Program-made: the position numbers and the translations under genes
The notes under the pieces: generated by a model
What the model saw: only the letters and a program-made list of their open reading frames with translations
The model's database searches: none
What the model was told of the DNA's origin: nothing
Shown: positions 13,471 through 29,309 of the stretch, in pieces
How positions within the stretch are numbered: the first letter of the stretch is position 1
Layout of the letters: each line of letters begins with the position of its first letter
From: Octopus sinensis
Taxonomy: Eukaryota
Length of the DNA stretch: 64,000 bases
NCBI RefSeq assembly: GCF_006345805.1
Contig: NC_043007.1
Location: forward strand, 46,748,001 to 46,812,000
Direction: 5' to 3'

Positions 13471-13879
13471 AAATTGCAGCTACATTTTGTCAATATACAC
13501 GTAGAAAAGAACACGTACACTGTTATTTAGATTGAAATGTGTTGGCAATGACAAGCGTCAGGTGAAGTCGTAGAGGATTCCATCAGAAATCGATAAACCT
13601 CGATGAATCTAATAATTGTCCAAGCTGTGCAAAAGAATCAGTCCCTCAAAAGACTAGTTTGGAACTTTTCTTACGGAAGCAAATTCCATATTTAAACAGA
13701 GTGATAGGGAAAATGAGTTTCATATAAGTGGAGGAAAGATATTCATTCAATTATTTTATAGAAATCGTTGAAACCTATCTTCACTTAGAATTGGGGAGGT
13801 CTAATATGAATCATGAAAAACTAAATAACTTACAACATAGAAGTAGACTATTAATAATTTTTATATTAGAAGTAGAAGT

Positions 13880-14994
13880 CCTATGAGAATCGTATCAGAA
13901 AATGTCGAAAGACACGCAGGTAAACGAGGTATTTTAATAGAATACAACCAATTCCAGAATTAGACGTACTAAAACAAGCACAGAAAAAGCTAAGCGTATG
14001 AAAACCCATGCTAAACTGCTGCCGTAGATATTCTTACTGATAAATGGTAAGAAAAATCTTTCAGTGGCAAATATCCAAAGAGAGCTAATAGTGCCGTTGC
14101 TGACAAAGTCATTACTCATCAATTATTAGTGGCCTATGGCTTAAAATCAGAAACAGAAGGGTTTATCATTGCAGCCCAAGATCAATGCCTACCTACAAGA
14201 AACTACCAGGCAAAGATATTAAAGAACAGTAGTAGCCCACCATGTCGTGTATGTCAACAACAAAATGAAAACATTGGTTATGTTATCTCCATGTGCAAAC
14301 TTCTTGCACCTAAAGAGTATCTGAACCGGCATGATAGAACAGCACAATATATTCACTGGGTAATTTGCAAACACGTGGACCTGCCCCGCGATAAAAACTG
14401 GCGGGAACACAAACCACCTCCAGTGCTTGGCAATGATCACATCTCACTCCTGTAGAACTTCGCCGTACAAAATATATAGATGTGAATAGGCAAGACATAA
14501 TATTGAAAGACTTCAGACAAAAATCATACCTCCTCATTGCTATGAATGTCCGTCCCAATGCATATAAATATATCTGCCAAGACTACCACAAACTGAGCAA
14601 ATATAAAGATCTTGAAATAGAAATTGGCAAAATGTGGAACATGAAGACTAAAACGATTCCTGTTGTGATAGGTGCCCTATGAATTAGAATAAAAGGGGAT
14701 GATTGTTACCTAGCTCAGATACCAGGAAACCCCAAAATGGCAGAAATCCAAAAGATTGTACTCATCCATAAGATTGCTTATATCCTAAGTAAAATACTGT
14801 CTAATCTCAAATTTTAAAACAATCTCATAATTTTCTTCTGTTTTCTTAAACATTCTCTAGAAGAATACTATGTGCAGAATCAAATATATGATACCTTAGG
14901 CATAACACCAACAGGAACTTCTAACTAGTTGTTTCTTGAGGTCTCTGGGTGAGACTTGGAGCCAACTTGTACAAATACTAATCAAAAGTCAAAC

Positions 14995-14996
<2 letters not shown>
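13880..14996 (+). mobile_element. R4/Dong-type REL non-LTR retrotransposon, 3' fragment (subfamily 1, copy A)
   Basis: GLKSETEGFIIAAQDQ, CCHC knuckle CRVCQQQNENIGYVISMC, RQDIIL..KY endonuclease. 3' UTR ends GAGACTTGGAGCCAACTTGTACAAA..AAAGTCAAACA before (TAA)n. Stops and frameshifts present. Confidence 0.9.
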
Positions 14997-17953
<2,957 letters not shown>

Positions 17954-17983
17954 TAATAACAACAACAACAACAATAATAATAA

Positions 17984-18095
17984 GATAAGGGAAAATGTTA
18001 TTAGGAACAGCTAGGATACTTAGGAGGATTCTTGGCATCCGATGTAGGATTTTTTTTTGTTTTCTAATAGTTTAATATGTTGTGGGTATATGAAA
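17984..18095 (+). mobile_element. Extreme 3' end of a third R4/Dong subfamily between two (TAA)n tracts
   Basis: Reads KMLLGTARILRRILGI, the conserved C-terminal LGTA.ILR motif also in copies C and D, followed by a short distinct UTR. Confidence 0.75.
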
Positions 18096-18166
<71 letters not shown>

Positions 18167-18167
<1 letters not shown>

Positions 18168-19732
18168 TCAAGGGCTTACTAGCGATAGTCAAACAATTCA
18201 GTGATGATCAACAACTCAAGGGCTTACTAGCGATAGTCAAACAATTCAGTGACGACATCAGAATGCAATTCGGCCTCAATAAATGTGCAAAGGCTACCTT
18301 TATCAAAGGAAAAATGACAGAAACATCTAACGTTAACCTTGACCAAAAGAATGTCATAAAAGAACTAGACCCAGCGGAGAGCTACAAGTACCTAGGGGTA
18401 ATTGAAGGGAACGGAATAAGGCATTCAGAGATGAAGGAAAGGATCAGGAGAGAATGCTATCGAAGAGTGAGAGCAATACTCAAGACAGAGCTGAATGCAA
18501 GAAACAGGATCGAAGCAATCAATGCATTAGCTATACCAGTCGTGACTTACAATTTCAATATTGTTAACTGGTCAATTACTGAAATATGTCAGCTCGACAG
18601 AAAAATAAGGAAACTGTTAACAATGCATAGAATGCACCACCCTAAGGCAGATACAGAACGACTCTATCTGCCAAGAAAAGAGGGAGGCCGTGGTCTTTTG
18701 CAACTGGCAATAACAATGAAGATTGCTACAATTGGCCTAGACACCTACCTGAAAAACTCTGAGGACTGGATGTTAAAACTTGTCTCAAAACATGAAAACA
18801 AGAAAGCATCATACTCAGTCACAAAACAGGCAAAGGAATATCTAAGTGAATTCCGAATACAATCAATTTCGGAATTAGAGATAGATATACAAGAAACAAG
18901 CACAGAAAAAGCTAGGCGCATGAAAACCCGTGCCAAAACTGCGGCCTTAGATATTCTGAATAATAAATGGCAAGAAAAACCTCTCTATGGCAAATACCCA
19001 AAGAGAGCGAATAATGCAGATATCGACAAAGCCCTGACCCATCAATGGCTAATGGCCTCTGGCTTAAAATCTGAAACAGAGGGGTTTATCATAGCAGCTC
19101 AAGATCAATGCCTACCAACAAGAAACTACCAGGCCAACATATTAAAGATCAGAAGCAGTCCAACGTGTCGTGTATGCAAGCAACAAAATGAAACCATTGA
19201 CCATGTGGTCTCCAAGTGCAGTCTTCTAGCGCCTACAGAGTATCTCAACAGGCACGATAGAGCTGCACAATATATTCACTGGGTAATCTGTAAAAACCTG
19301 GATTTGCCCCATGAAAAAAACTGGTGGGAACACAAACCACCCCCAGTGCTTGAAAATGACCACATCTCACTCCTCTGGAACTTCACCATTCAAACTGACA
19401 GGAAGATAGATGCAAATAGGCCAGACATCATATTGAAAGACTTCAAACAAAGAACATGCCTCCTCATTGATATGACTGTCCCAATCGATATAAATGTATC
19501 TGTCAAGACCTACCAAAAACTGAGCAAATATAAAGATCTTGAAATAGAAATCAGCAAAATGTGGAAGCTGAAGACTAAAACAATACCTGTTGTCATAGGT
19601 GCCCTGGGAATGATAGCAAAAGGGGCTGATAGCTACCTAACTCAGATACCAGGAAACCCCAAAATGGCAGAAGTTCAAAAGATAGTGCTCATGGGAACTG
19701 CTCATATCCTACGCAAAATACTCTCTATGTAA
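18167..19732 (+). CDS. Uninterrupted ORF2 C-terminal part: RT domains 6-7/thumb, CCHC zinc knuckle, PD-(D/E)xK REL endonuclease
   Basis: Open from 18167 (first ATG 18263, 489 aa): FGLNKCAK, YKYLG, HPKADTERLYLPRKEGGRGL, CRVCKQQNETIDHVVSKC, RHD, RPDIIL...LID..VP...KLSKY. The catalytic YxDD lies upstream of the truncation. Confidence 0.9.
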
Positions 19733-19960
19733 TCTCAAGGTTTAAAACAAACATAATTTTCGGTTTAAAAAAAAAAAAAAAAAAAAACTTTTTTTTTAGA
19801 CATTCATTAGTACAACATCCCCACCCTCCAAATATATGGCACACTAGGCATAACAACAACATGAACTTCCAACCCTGTTGTCTCTTGAGGTCTCTGGGTG
19901 AGACTTGGAGCCAACTTGTACAAATATAAAGCAAAAGTCAAACATAGAATAATAATAATA
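18167..19960 (+). mobile_element. R4/Dong-type retrotransposon (subfamily 1, copy C), 5'-truncated, young
   Basis: Starts directly after (TAA)n and ends in the same 3' UTR as copy A followed by (AAT)/(AAC)n. Confidence 0.95.
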
Positions 19961-20029
19961 ACAACAACAACAACAATAACATTAATAAATATGAGACTGT
20001 ATGCACGCCAACCTGAGAAAAAGCTCATG

Positions 20030-21620
20030 AATATTTTGTGAAAAAATATGAAAGAAGAAACATCCACTATATTTATAATGTGAAATGATGAAAGGTGAAT
20101 ATTCAATAAAGCATCAACTATGACCTATCGTATCTAGCAAGGATATAAGCAATCCCATAAGGAATTCAAAGAACTGAGCAACTTAGATCCCCATCCAACA
20201 GATTCACAAAGCCCCTTATTTGTGTTAGAACAACTAATCAAAATATGATATCAGCTTTAATGAATTAAAGAGAAGTGCAATTTCACCTTATGCCTGGTTA
20301 CTAGAGAGGATCGCAATATAGATTCTCACAAACTAAATCACAAAGGCCTCCGAAGTACAAGCCCTGAAGTTTTTTTTTCCTTCTAATAGTAATGCAGAAC
20401 GTCTATACTCTACAACAAGTTTATTGCTCACCTGGAAAACAATTATATCTTACCAAAGGAGCATAAAGTGTGTCGGCAATGGCTATATCATGTAAAGGAC
20501 AGCTGCTTAGGAAAAGTAAATCGTTCGAAATCGGAGAGAAAAAAGACAAAAATTAACGTAGCAACTTAGCAGGGTATAGAATAGTTTCCGAAAATATTCG
20601 ATTTGAAAGCATATCCGAGCATACCATGGCAGTGATGAATATTGGTAACATTCAATATGATTAAAACAACTCCAGTTCTAATGGAGCGCGAAAAACAGGG
20701 AATTGAATCTATTATACCACCACAGAGATAAAGGAAGATTTGTAAAATCCTTTACCAAAAGGACACTATGAACGAGAGAGAGAAATAGAGAATGCATGTG
20801 TGTCTGTTTGTTTGTGCGCTTGTGTGTGTGCGTGATACAGAGAGAGATAGAGAGAGAGAGAGAAAAGGAGGGAGAGAGAAATAGAGAGATAGATTCAGAG
20901 ACAGACACACAGTCTACTATTCCTCCCCTTTCTTACCTAGTATTGGTTTCATTAAAACCTATAGTGAATGAAACCAATAACTGTAACTTCTACGCTAACA
21001 TGTTTACTTTTCGTTGATTATATAAAACAATATGCAAATGATAATACCAATCTGAGGAACCAGCTAAAAGTATTTACATCTTCAGCTTTGATACGAAAGT
21101 GAATATTTGGCTTCACAATTGTGCTAAATGTAATTATAGAACAGCAAACAAAACAGAATATTGAACTAGATTCTGTTATTAAGAAAAAAATACAACATAA
21201 GCACTTACTTAGGTGTAGAGAAGTTTGATAATGGGAGAGGGGATCTCAAGATTACGAGACATGAAGGAGTGTCATACTAATAAAAATTGAAAGACGATAA
21301 TTCACAGCTATGAGCAAGCTAAGAAGAATAAACATATATCCCAGTTTATAAACACAGATTACATATGAATAATTGGAAATTGAATGGAGTATCTCAGAGA
21401 GGGAAATAGAAAGCCGGTAGCGTTCTATGGCTACATTTCATAAGCTGATAGATCTAATCAGCATACAGAGAAGAAAAGTAGGCCAAATACTAAAAGAAGG
21501 AGACTATAAAATACAGACTATGGGTCTATAAAAATATACCAACGCAAGCAAAGAGCAAAGGAAAATGTATTAGTGTTAATAAAGGCATATACAGGAAGAG
21601 ATTTTCAGTATTGTAAGAAA
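20030..21620 (+). mobile_element. Old, heavily decayed R4/Dong RT copy
   Basis: At ~20390-20520 reads LYNKFIAHLENNYILPKEHKVCRQWLYHVKD, a decayed form of the LP.EQKGCR..SY..KDQLL motif seen in copy B. Interrupted by microsatellites. Confidence 0.6.
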
Positions 21621-21837
21621 ATAGTATAATTTCAGCTAGAATCCAACTCTGCACATTGGTAGATATATATCAGAAGATAATTACGAAGTAGCATCTGTGG
21701 GTATAGAAATTATATTCAGAAGTACGTAAATAGAAAGCGGTTATTGCTAAATTGGAAATAAAGAATATACAGTCCGTATAAATATGATTATAAATCCATA
21801 TATATATATATATGTATATATGTATATATATGTATAT

Positions 21838-21899
<62 letters not shown>

Positions 21900-21932
21900 T
21901 ATACACACATACATACACACACACATATACAC

Positions 21933-21963
<31 letters not shown>

Positions 21964-22194
21964 TGCTGTGTCTGGGGAGTGTCATTCTGATTTAATACCT
22001 TATTAATTAACAAACTCACCGGTTAAATTTCCACACATGTTTGAAAAATTTTCGTTGCTTCTTCCAATTGATTCAATAGTCGTTCATTCTGTCCATTATC
22101 GGAGCTGCGTTCTTTTTGTATGTTTGTTTGTGCGCATGTGTGTGCGTCAATGTACATGCGTATACGCATATGGATGTATGCATGCATGCGTGCG

Positions 22195-22236
<42 letters not shown>

Positions 22237-22479
22237 TTTGTGTGTGTATGTATATATATGTATGCGTGTGTGTACGTTTGTTTGAATTCTGCATATTCAT
22301 GCGTTTGTGTGTGTATTATTGTGTGCTTGTATGTGTGCATGTGTGTGGGGGGTGGGCGTGAGTGTATATGGTCATATGTTTCTGTGTCCTTTTGAGTATG
22401 TGCGTGTGTGCATGCGTATATGCATATCTGTCCTTATTTCTGATGTATCTATCTAACTACCTATGTACCTGTTTGTCTA

Positions 22480-23768
22480 CAGGGTGGCGAAGCAAAATTT
22501 ACAATATTTTGAGGCAGGGATTGAAAGTCAGTGTATGACCAATTTGTTTACTGAAAGTCATGAGAATTTATTTGCCACAAGACAATTTACATAATAGAAA
22601 ATGTTTTTATTCTGTATCCTCCTCATTTCTCAATAACTGCCTTCACACGCTTCCGGAAACTTGCACAGGCGTTCCTCAAATATTCGGGAGACAACTTCTC
22701 CCATTCTTCTTTAATCATATCGTTAAGAGAGTCGACATTGCTGTGTGATGTTCTATTGGTAGCATGTTCTAAAATACCCCAAGTAGCATAGTCCAGAGAG
22801 TTTAGATCTGGGCTAGAAGGCGTCTATAAACATGATTCCCAAAAAATGCTAAAGTGGGATTTGCAGAAATCTTGTATTTTTCTAGCTGTGTGGGCTGGAG
22901 CACCATCCTGTGTCCATACATAATTACCATGTGGATAGTTTTCTTTAAGCCATGGCAATACCTTGTATCTCAGAGTCTTGTAGTGAGTATTAACATTGAT
23001 CTTTTCATCAGCTTTGTAGAATTTTATAGGCATTTCCTTTCTATCGGAAGCCACAACATCAAAAGCCATAACTTGAGCAGGATCTTTTGTACTGAATGTC
23101 CCCTTAACCTCAGCTGTTGATTTTGCGATAAATCCGACATTTCTGCTGTTCAGAACAGCATCGACAGTGAAGATTTTTTCATCTGAAAGGATCGTTACAA
23201 TGGAGGACTTTTTCTTGAACCATGTAATAATTTTCTTGCACCTCTCCAATCTCTTTTCCTTCATAGCTGTTGTCAACTAGTGTTTTGGTGTTCTTGTGTA
23301 TGGTTTTTACCTCAAATCATATTTTACTGCATTTCTAATGGTCATGTTGTCTACTTCAAGTTCAATTGCCATTTTTCTCATGGATTTAGTTGGAACCTTT
23401 AGGATTTTGGATTTGAGGGCTTTAATAAAATCTTTGGTACATTTTTTGTTGATTCCTCAACTTCCAGACTTCCTTGTAATAGTTTTGCTCATAGTCATTC
23501 TATTCTTTACATTATAAATAGTCTTTATGGACACTCCAACTATTTTTGAAATCTCCTTTGGTGTGACGAGTGCATTCAGAAAATCACACTCTTTGACTTT
23601 TGCTTTCCTGATTACTCATATGGGCAAACGTTTCTGAAAAAGTAAGAATAATAGTGTTAGGTATGAGTATGACATCAATATATGCTAGGTTTCAAAACAA
23701 TTGACTTGGTGCCTCCTCAGAAAAAAAAACAACTTAACGTTCATTGTAGATTTTGCTTCCCCACCCTG
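22480..23768 (-). mobile_element. Full-length (1289 bp) mariner-superfamily element, DD37D (maT-type), inactivated
   Basis: TIRs CAGGGTGGCGAAGCAAAATTTACAA / TTGTAGATTTTGCTTCCCCACCCTG with TA on both sides (22478-79, 23769-70). Transposase ILSDEKIF...QDGAPAH...SPDLNSLDY has 37 residues between the 2nd and 3rd D, with an in-frame stop before PSSPD. Confidence 0.95.
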
Positions 23769-24109
23769 TACATATCCAGTTACCTACATATATCTACTTA
23801 TATACATATATTCGCCTACAAAAAAGCTGTATGTATAAACTGTGGGTATTAGGGTATCACTACCTTCTATGTGTATATCCTATTTAGTAGAGGGAATATT
23901 TCATTTATGAGGACGTATTCCTGCATTTATCTGGGTGCTAGGTCCTTCGGGTGCTTGGATAAAATGCAGACATCAATTCGATCCAGTGTACCTCGATGTT
24001 GGTCTTTGGCTGGTTGGAGTATGGAGGCATGTTTGTTGTTGTCATATTTTTTCTCTAGTTTCAGCTCAGAGCTGCGGCCATGCTGATGCACCGCCGTTTA
24101 AATGATTAT

Positions 24110-24640
24110 TTAGTCTCTGCGGAATGCTTCTAGATGTCTCACCAATGTATGTCATGTTTTTGTCTTTACAAGCAAACTCTATACACTTTATGCTGTAAAG
24201 TAAATTTCTAGTTCTACAGTTAACGCCAGGGTTAATCTTACATACCATGCAGTTTTCATTGGTGCATGTGTTATGTTATTCTCAAAGGGGTAGCTCCTAC
24301 ATAGCAGTGATCTGATGAAGCTCCCTGGCTTTGCAACGATTTTAATGTTGAGCTTGGTCTCCTTCAGACCTTCCCTAATTCTTCGGAATAGTTCTCATTG
24401 GGCTGTGTCCCCTACAAACATCAATCATTGATATTTGTTATCCTTGTACCAATAATTCAGTCTGCTGACTTTGTCACAAACTTTCTGTATCCTATTGCAC
24501 TATTTACTTGTGTATCTGGGGTAGGAACCACTGCTTTCATTACATAAAATGCTATCTACCTTCTTTCTTGCTTCCCTGGATACCCAAATCCGGTTTTTCT
24601 GATTATATCCAGAGTATTGCATGTGGTGCATGACACACTG
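24110..24640 (-). mobile_element. Penelope-like GIY-YIG endonuclease remnant
   Basis: NCRTRNLLYSIKC..CKDKNMTYIGETSRSIPQRLNNHL. Confidence 0.85.
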
Positions 24641-24860
24641 TACATGTTTTTTTTGTTTCATAGGGTTTGCATAGAGGGGACACATTATTCAACTGCAAAA
24701 ACGAAAATGTGTGTGTGTTTATGCGTACGTGTATGTGTTTCCCGTTAGCTTTCCGGTTGAAACTAAGTCCCAGACATATCTATCTTTGTACATATATACC
24801 TATATCTATCAACTTATCTATATATCTCTCACTCACTGTCTGTCTCTCTCACTCTTTTTC

Positions 24861-24892
<32 letters not shown>

Positions 24893-24949
24893 GAGAGAGT
24901 AATAGCTCAATGGATTTCGTTCTATTGAGGCAGGATATCATGTTTTAGG

Positions 24950-25700
24950 AGAATATGTTCAAAGAGTTTGGCATGCATCCACGCGTGGGTTGTCCAAGAT
25001 TTATGAGACGACACAGTCTTGTAGGAAGGCGTACAGTCTCCCGTGACGTACTCTGCCTGTCCAGGACCCCACTACATTCTCCAACATCTCTGAATAGATA
25101 GCGTAATTGACTCTTAAGCCCCGTGAGAAGGCTTGACTACCTACTCCTTCATTGCTGACAACTCCTAGAGGCATCAGATTAGCTGAGCACTTAGTAAGCA
25201 TGACTATTGGAAAATCATTCAGTTCTCTTCGGTTTCCTTTTTAGTCTTGAACGAATTATTTCTCATCGGAAAAAACGAAATCATTCCAACCTGTTCGTGT
25301 TTTAACCGTGTTTAGCAAGCGCTTTGCACGGATCGAACGATTCAGTCTTGTCACATCCTCCAGAAACAAATGACATTGTATCGGATGTCCACATGCACAA
25401 CCAGTCTGATGGCGTATTCTCAAACCTTGAAATTATTTGCAATGGCTCTGACTGGCATCTTGAGGGTTATATTCAACTCTTCTTGGACATTTTGAGTAAA
25501 GATATATGTATTTTGGTGATATGATGACTCTGTGCACGCCTTTTGTGTTTAACTGAGATGGATTCCCGTCAGCAGTTTCAAGTTCCTTTTGAACTATAAC
25601 GACGAAGGATAGGGCAACTTTCAGGAAGCGAGCTCTCCTTGTATGACTATGCCGCGCTTTTGACGAAACGATTAGGATTAATGGCTGCCTCTTTATTTGT
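24950..25700 (-). mobile_element. mariner/maT-like transposase remnant
   Basis: PVRAIANNFKV.EYAIRLVVHVDIRY (HTH region) and TKCSANLMPLGVVSNEG...GLRVN...LENVV..W....GR.Y.F.QD. Confidence 0.8.
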
Positions 25701-25929
25701 TCAGTCAGGCTAAGGAGACTAAATCTTAGTCGAGATCAGTATGTCCGTGTATAAATAATATACAGACACACCTGCATATAGCCATGCATATACGGACATG
25801 TCCAAACATTTACATATAAATGTCAATGGACACATCAGTCTCATACATATATATGTGCATGTATATGAAAATATACTCCAATGCACGCCGGCGTGCGGTT
25901 TCAGGATCCACTGTAAGATCACAATCTAA

Positions 25930-26560
25930 CATGGTGCAGGGATTTATATAAAGAAAAATGAAACACAAATGGGTTAATCTTCACTACAGCCGTTTCAGAC
26001 GCGGCTTTTTTACTGATGAATTAACCAATTATATCATGTAGAAAAAAAAATGTTTCTTTAGGTGAATTAAAACATTTAGTTAGCCAAAAATACCAAGATG
26101 TGGAATTTGTGTTTACCCTCTCATTTTAGCAATAACTAATTTGTTACAAACACTCGGGCGCAATCCATGGACACTCAAATTCCAGATTATGTAAGAACAT
26201 AATAGTAGAGTTAACAATTATTTTGAACATGTGTGATGTCATTCTTCTCACCTCACCAGATGATTATTCGTATTATTTTAAAGGAGGTGAATTTTGAATT
26301 ATATTTAGGAGTTATATAGCAAGATTTATTTCTTGGTAATTAATAGAATGAATGATTATACGCAAATATACAATACTGAGTATTACAGAGTTTTTAATAT
26401 CAGAAAATAAATTTAGAGTTCAGAAAGCGTCTATGCAAATCCTTGATAAATCATCAATGTTTTTTTAATGCTATATCAATAAAATTTACCAACATTTAAA
26501 CAATGAATAGTATAACAAGAGAGATCTGTTCAAATCGTTTTCCTAAATTATGTATAGTTT
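25930..26560 (-). mobile_element. Penelope-like remnant
   Basis: Decayed minus-strand linker resembling INR..IK.SY..TPN and a half-hammerhead tail GAAACGGCTGTAGTGA near 25985. Confidence 0.4.
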
Positions 26561-26809
26561 ATACCTTAACTAATATCGTTTTGGCAATTAGACTTAACTT
26601 TATGGCAACTGAAATGTGTCTTTGCAGTTTCCATTAATAACCTGCTCTTGTTATATTGTCCAGCTTAGAACTAAAAGGTGCATTTTACAGAATATGTGAC
26701 GGGACATGAATTATTCATTTGCTGATTCGATGGCTCAATCTATTTGACCATTTCCTACACCGATACGCACTACACGAATAATGCATTGTAGTACGAAATA
26801 TTTATCTGA

Positions 26810-27000
26810 TTGTTGGCACAAGGCCAGAAATTTCGGGTGAAAGGAACGAATCGATTACATCGACACCAGTAATTCACTGGTACTTATTTGAGCGACGTCG
26901 GAAGGGATTTAAAGAAAAGTCGAAGTCGGCGGAATTTGAATTCAGAAAATAAAGACGTGCCAAAACGTCACTAGGTATTTTGTCCGGTGTGGTAACGATT
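26810..27000 (-). mobile_element. SINE carrying the GGTCGACTTTGCCTTTCATCC..GGGGTCGATAAA core (possibly Meta/MESC-domain type)
   Basis: Reverse-complement match to the plus copies at 29310-29490 and 30561-30770. Domain name is from recall, unverified. Confidence 0.7.
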
Positions 27001-27539
27001 CTACCATCTTACCGTCTTATTGTACTATAAAGTACGAAACACAAATACGCAGCCGTAATTGAGACTTTTCCGTGGGAACAAACCGTCTATGTTGTGAGTT
27101 GCCACGAATACATATATTTGCATCAGTAATTGCTTTTCGAATGGATTTTATTATCATAAAACAGTTGTTGATAGAAAATATTATTTCAATAATGTAAACA
27201 GAATAAATCTAGGAAACAAAACAAAAATTGCTTTAACTATGATATAATATTTGATGTTAAATGCAAACATATTTTCATTACATTATAGAAATTGGTAACA
27301 GTATTTAAGATCAGGCGAAATGTGGCACTTAATTCATTATGAAGTTAAAGAAGCATGAAACGATATGTCAGAAGAAAAAATTAAAAAAAGATGACAAAAA
27401 CAGTAACTGATGATTATGTGTAACGTGATATGACGATTTTTTTTTTTTTTTTGTACATTTTTCAGATAGTGAAGTTGATGGTGAAAATAAATAATGAAGG
27501 TTATGGTTTTTACGATTGAGATTATGATCATATGCATGA

Positions 27540-27589
27540 ACGATGTCTGCAACGACGACGATGATGGTTATGATGAGAATGATGATGAC

Positions 27590-27623
<34 letters not shown>

Positions 27624-27760
27624 TTGATGGTAACGAGGGGGGAGGAGTAGGAGGAGAAAGAGAGAGGAGGAAGGAAGAAAGCGAGCGCTGGAGCATGAGA
27701 TTGACCACGGCGATGACGACCAAGGAAATGATGATGGTGATGATGATGACTTCAATGCTA
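27540..27760. repeat. (GAT)n/(GAG)n low-complexity tract
   Basis: Direct reading; produces spurious poly-D and poly-H ORFs. Confidence 0.85.
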
Positions 27761-28374
27761 ATGTTGGAATGATTATATTAAAAATTCTAGTTTGTTTTTG
27801 CTCATTGTTTTCTTTGTTTTGATGTGAGGATTGCGAATTGTTGCGTAATTATTGCTTATTGGTAAAATGTGAGAAAATTAAAGTTTATTTCATTATCAGA
27901 ATATTCTTCTAACTAAAAATTCCCGATTGAGAATAAAACAACTGTGAGATTTCTTTCCATGTGCGCTGTCGACAAACAGACATTTTATTTTATTTCACTT
28001 CCCAATGTTTCATTTAACTATCACAGTGTGTCTGATTAGACAAATTAAATGACTTTCATGGTGAATGGTTGTTTCATTCAAAATACAACGAACATTAACA
28101 TTTAACAACGTAAAATTTATATATAATTGTATTAGACATAATTTACGGAAATGATATTTATGAATATAATTGCAGCGTATTACTGGGAACCATTCGATAA
28201 GACTGCGTTGGAATAATACGTGTAGTACTGTAAACTGATATAACGTATTATTTTATGTCAAATATGAGTCAAATATGAATACCCTTAGTGGGTGGTAACA
28301 GACTACATTCTCTCGATTTCCTGTAATTCACACCACGGCATAATCCCAACAGACAAAATAGAAAAGACGTTGCC

Positions 28375-28544
28375 TTAGAAGATGAGGCGGGAGATGACAT
28401 AGAACACCCACTCCGACTCACGGGGCTCGCATTTGTGGATAGCCATGTCCTCCCCGACAGACGTGAGCAGGGATATGGTCCGGGGGTCGAAAACGCCGGA
28501 GGTCTCCATTATCACATGCTTAACCATCAACAACGGTTTGTTAT
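28375..28544 (-). CDS. Probable coding exon of an unidentified host gene
   Basis: Branch-like TTAAC and acceptor gtttatAG, then (x)NKPLLMVKHVIMETSGVFDPRTISLLTSVGEDMAIHKCEPRESEWVFYVISRLIF*. Third positions are strongly G/C-biased in an AT-rich background, with an in-register antisense open frame. An alternative donor C|GTGAGT would end the exon at 28422. Confidence 0.65.
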
Positions 28545-29309
28545 CTATAAACATTACAGTAGGATGTTAATCTATGCAATCTGAATAACTGTTGCAACCT
28601 ACATGACGTATACTGACTCATTCCACAAATTTTTCCATAGGTATTAAAAATAAATACCTCAAATCAGAAAGTGCTATGCCGTTATTCGTTAGACTGCAGA
28701 AGCAAGTTAATATATTTCGAAAAACATTGATTACGAATCAAGAGTATAATACAATATCTCCGCACCGTATCGGTTTCTTTTCCAATAACATTTCATCGTC
28801 TATCACGGTCCACAGTATGCATAATAGTTACCCTCAGAGATTTTTCTGGCCATTAAGCTCAATATTGCTAATCCTTAGCCACAAATACGCAGGGACATAA
28901 GCACATTGAACTTAAGAAATGTCTCTTTTTGGGGCCAATTACCATATCCAGATTTTAGCCAAAAATCTGCAAAATGAAATCCACATATGTTGTAATAAGA
29001 GGGACATATTACGACCTAGAATAACACTAACCCACTTTGCCATGGAAATGGAAGGCAATTATTAAAGAAATATAGTACAGTTATGTTTTCATATGAAAAG
29101 AAGGTTTCTTCCTACGAGAAAACTACTTTTAGATACATATTAAACAAGGGCAATATAGTGTCGAAGTTGAGTCAATATAATGAATTTTCGTCGCTCTAAA
29201 TATATTCTCTCTATTTGAATATAATCGTAACACTCAAGCATACACATACAAACAAATATGCGAACACACAAACACTTACGTAAATCACTTTGGAGATATA
29301 GTCATTGTG

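Noticed and set aside
25981-26020. GAAACGGCTGTAGTGA tail on the minus strand with CTGATGA nearby
   Set aside because: CTGATGA is on the opposite strand, so no complete ribozyme can fold.
27494-27772. Acidic poly-D/E ORF (92 aa) and antisense poly-H ORF
   Set aside because: Trinucleotide low-complexity tract without unique sequence or convincing splice sites.
28375-28420. EWVFYVISRLIF resembling the pre-TM4 motif of Cys-loop (nicotinic/chemotactile) receptors
   Set aside because: Spacing differs, the conserved D is absent, and a stop follows immediately; too weak to name.
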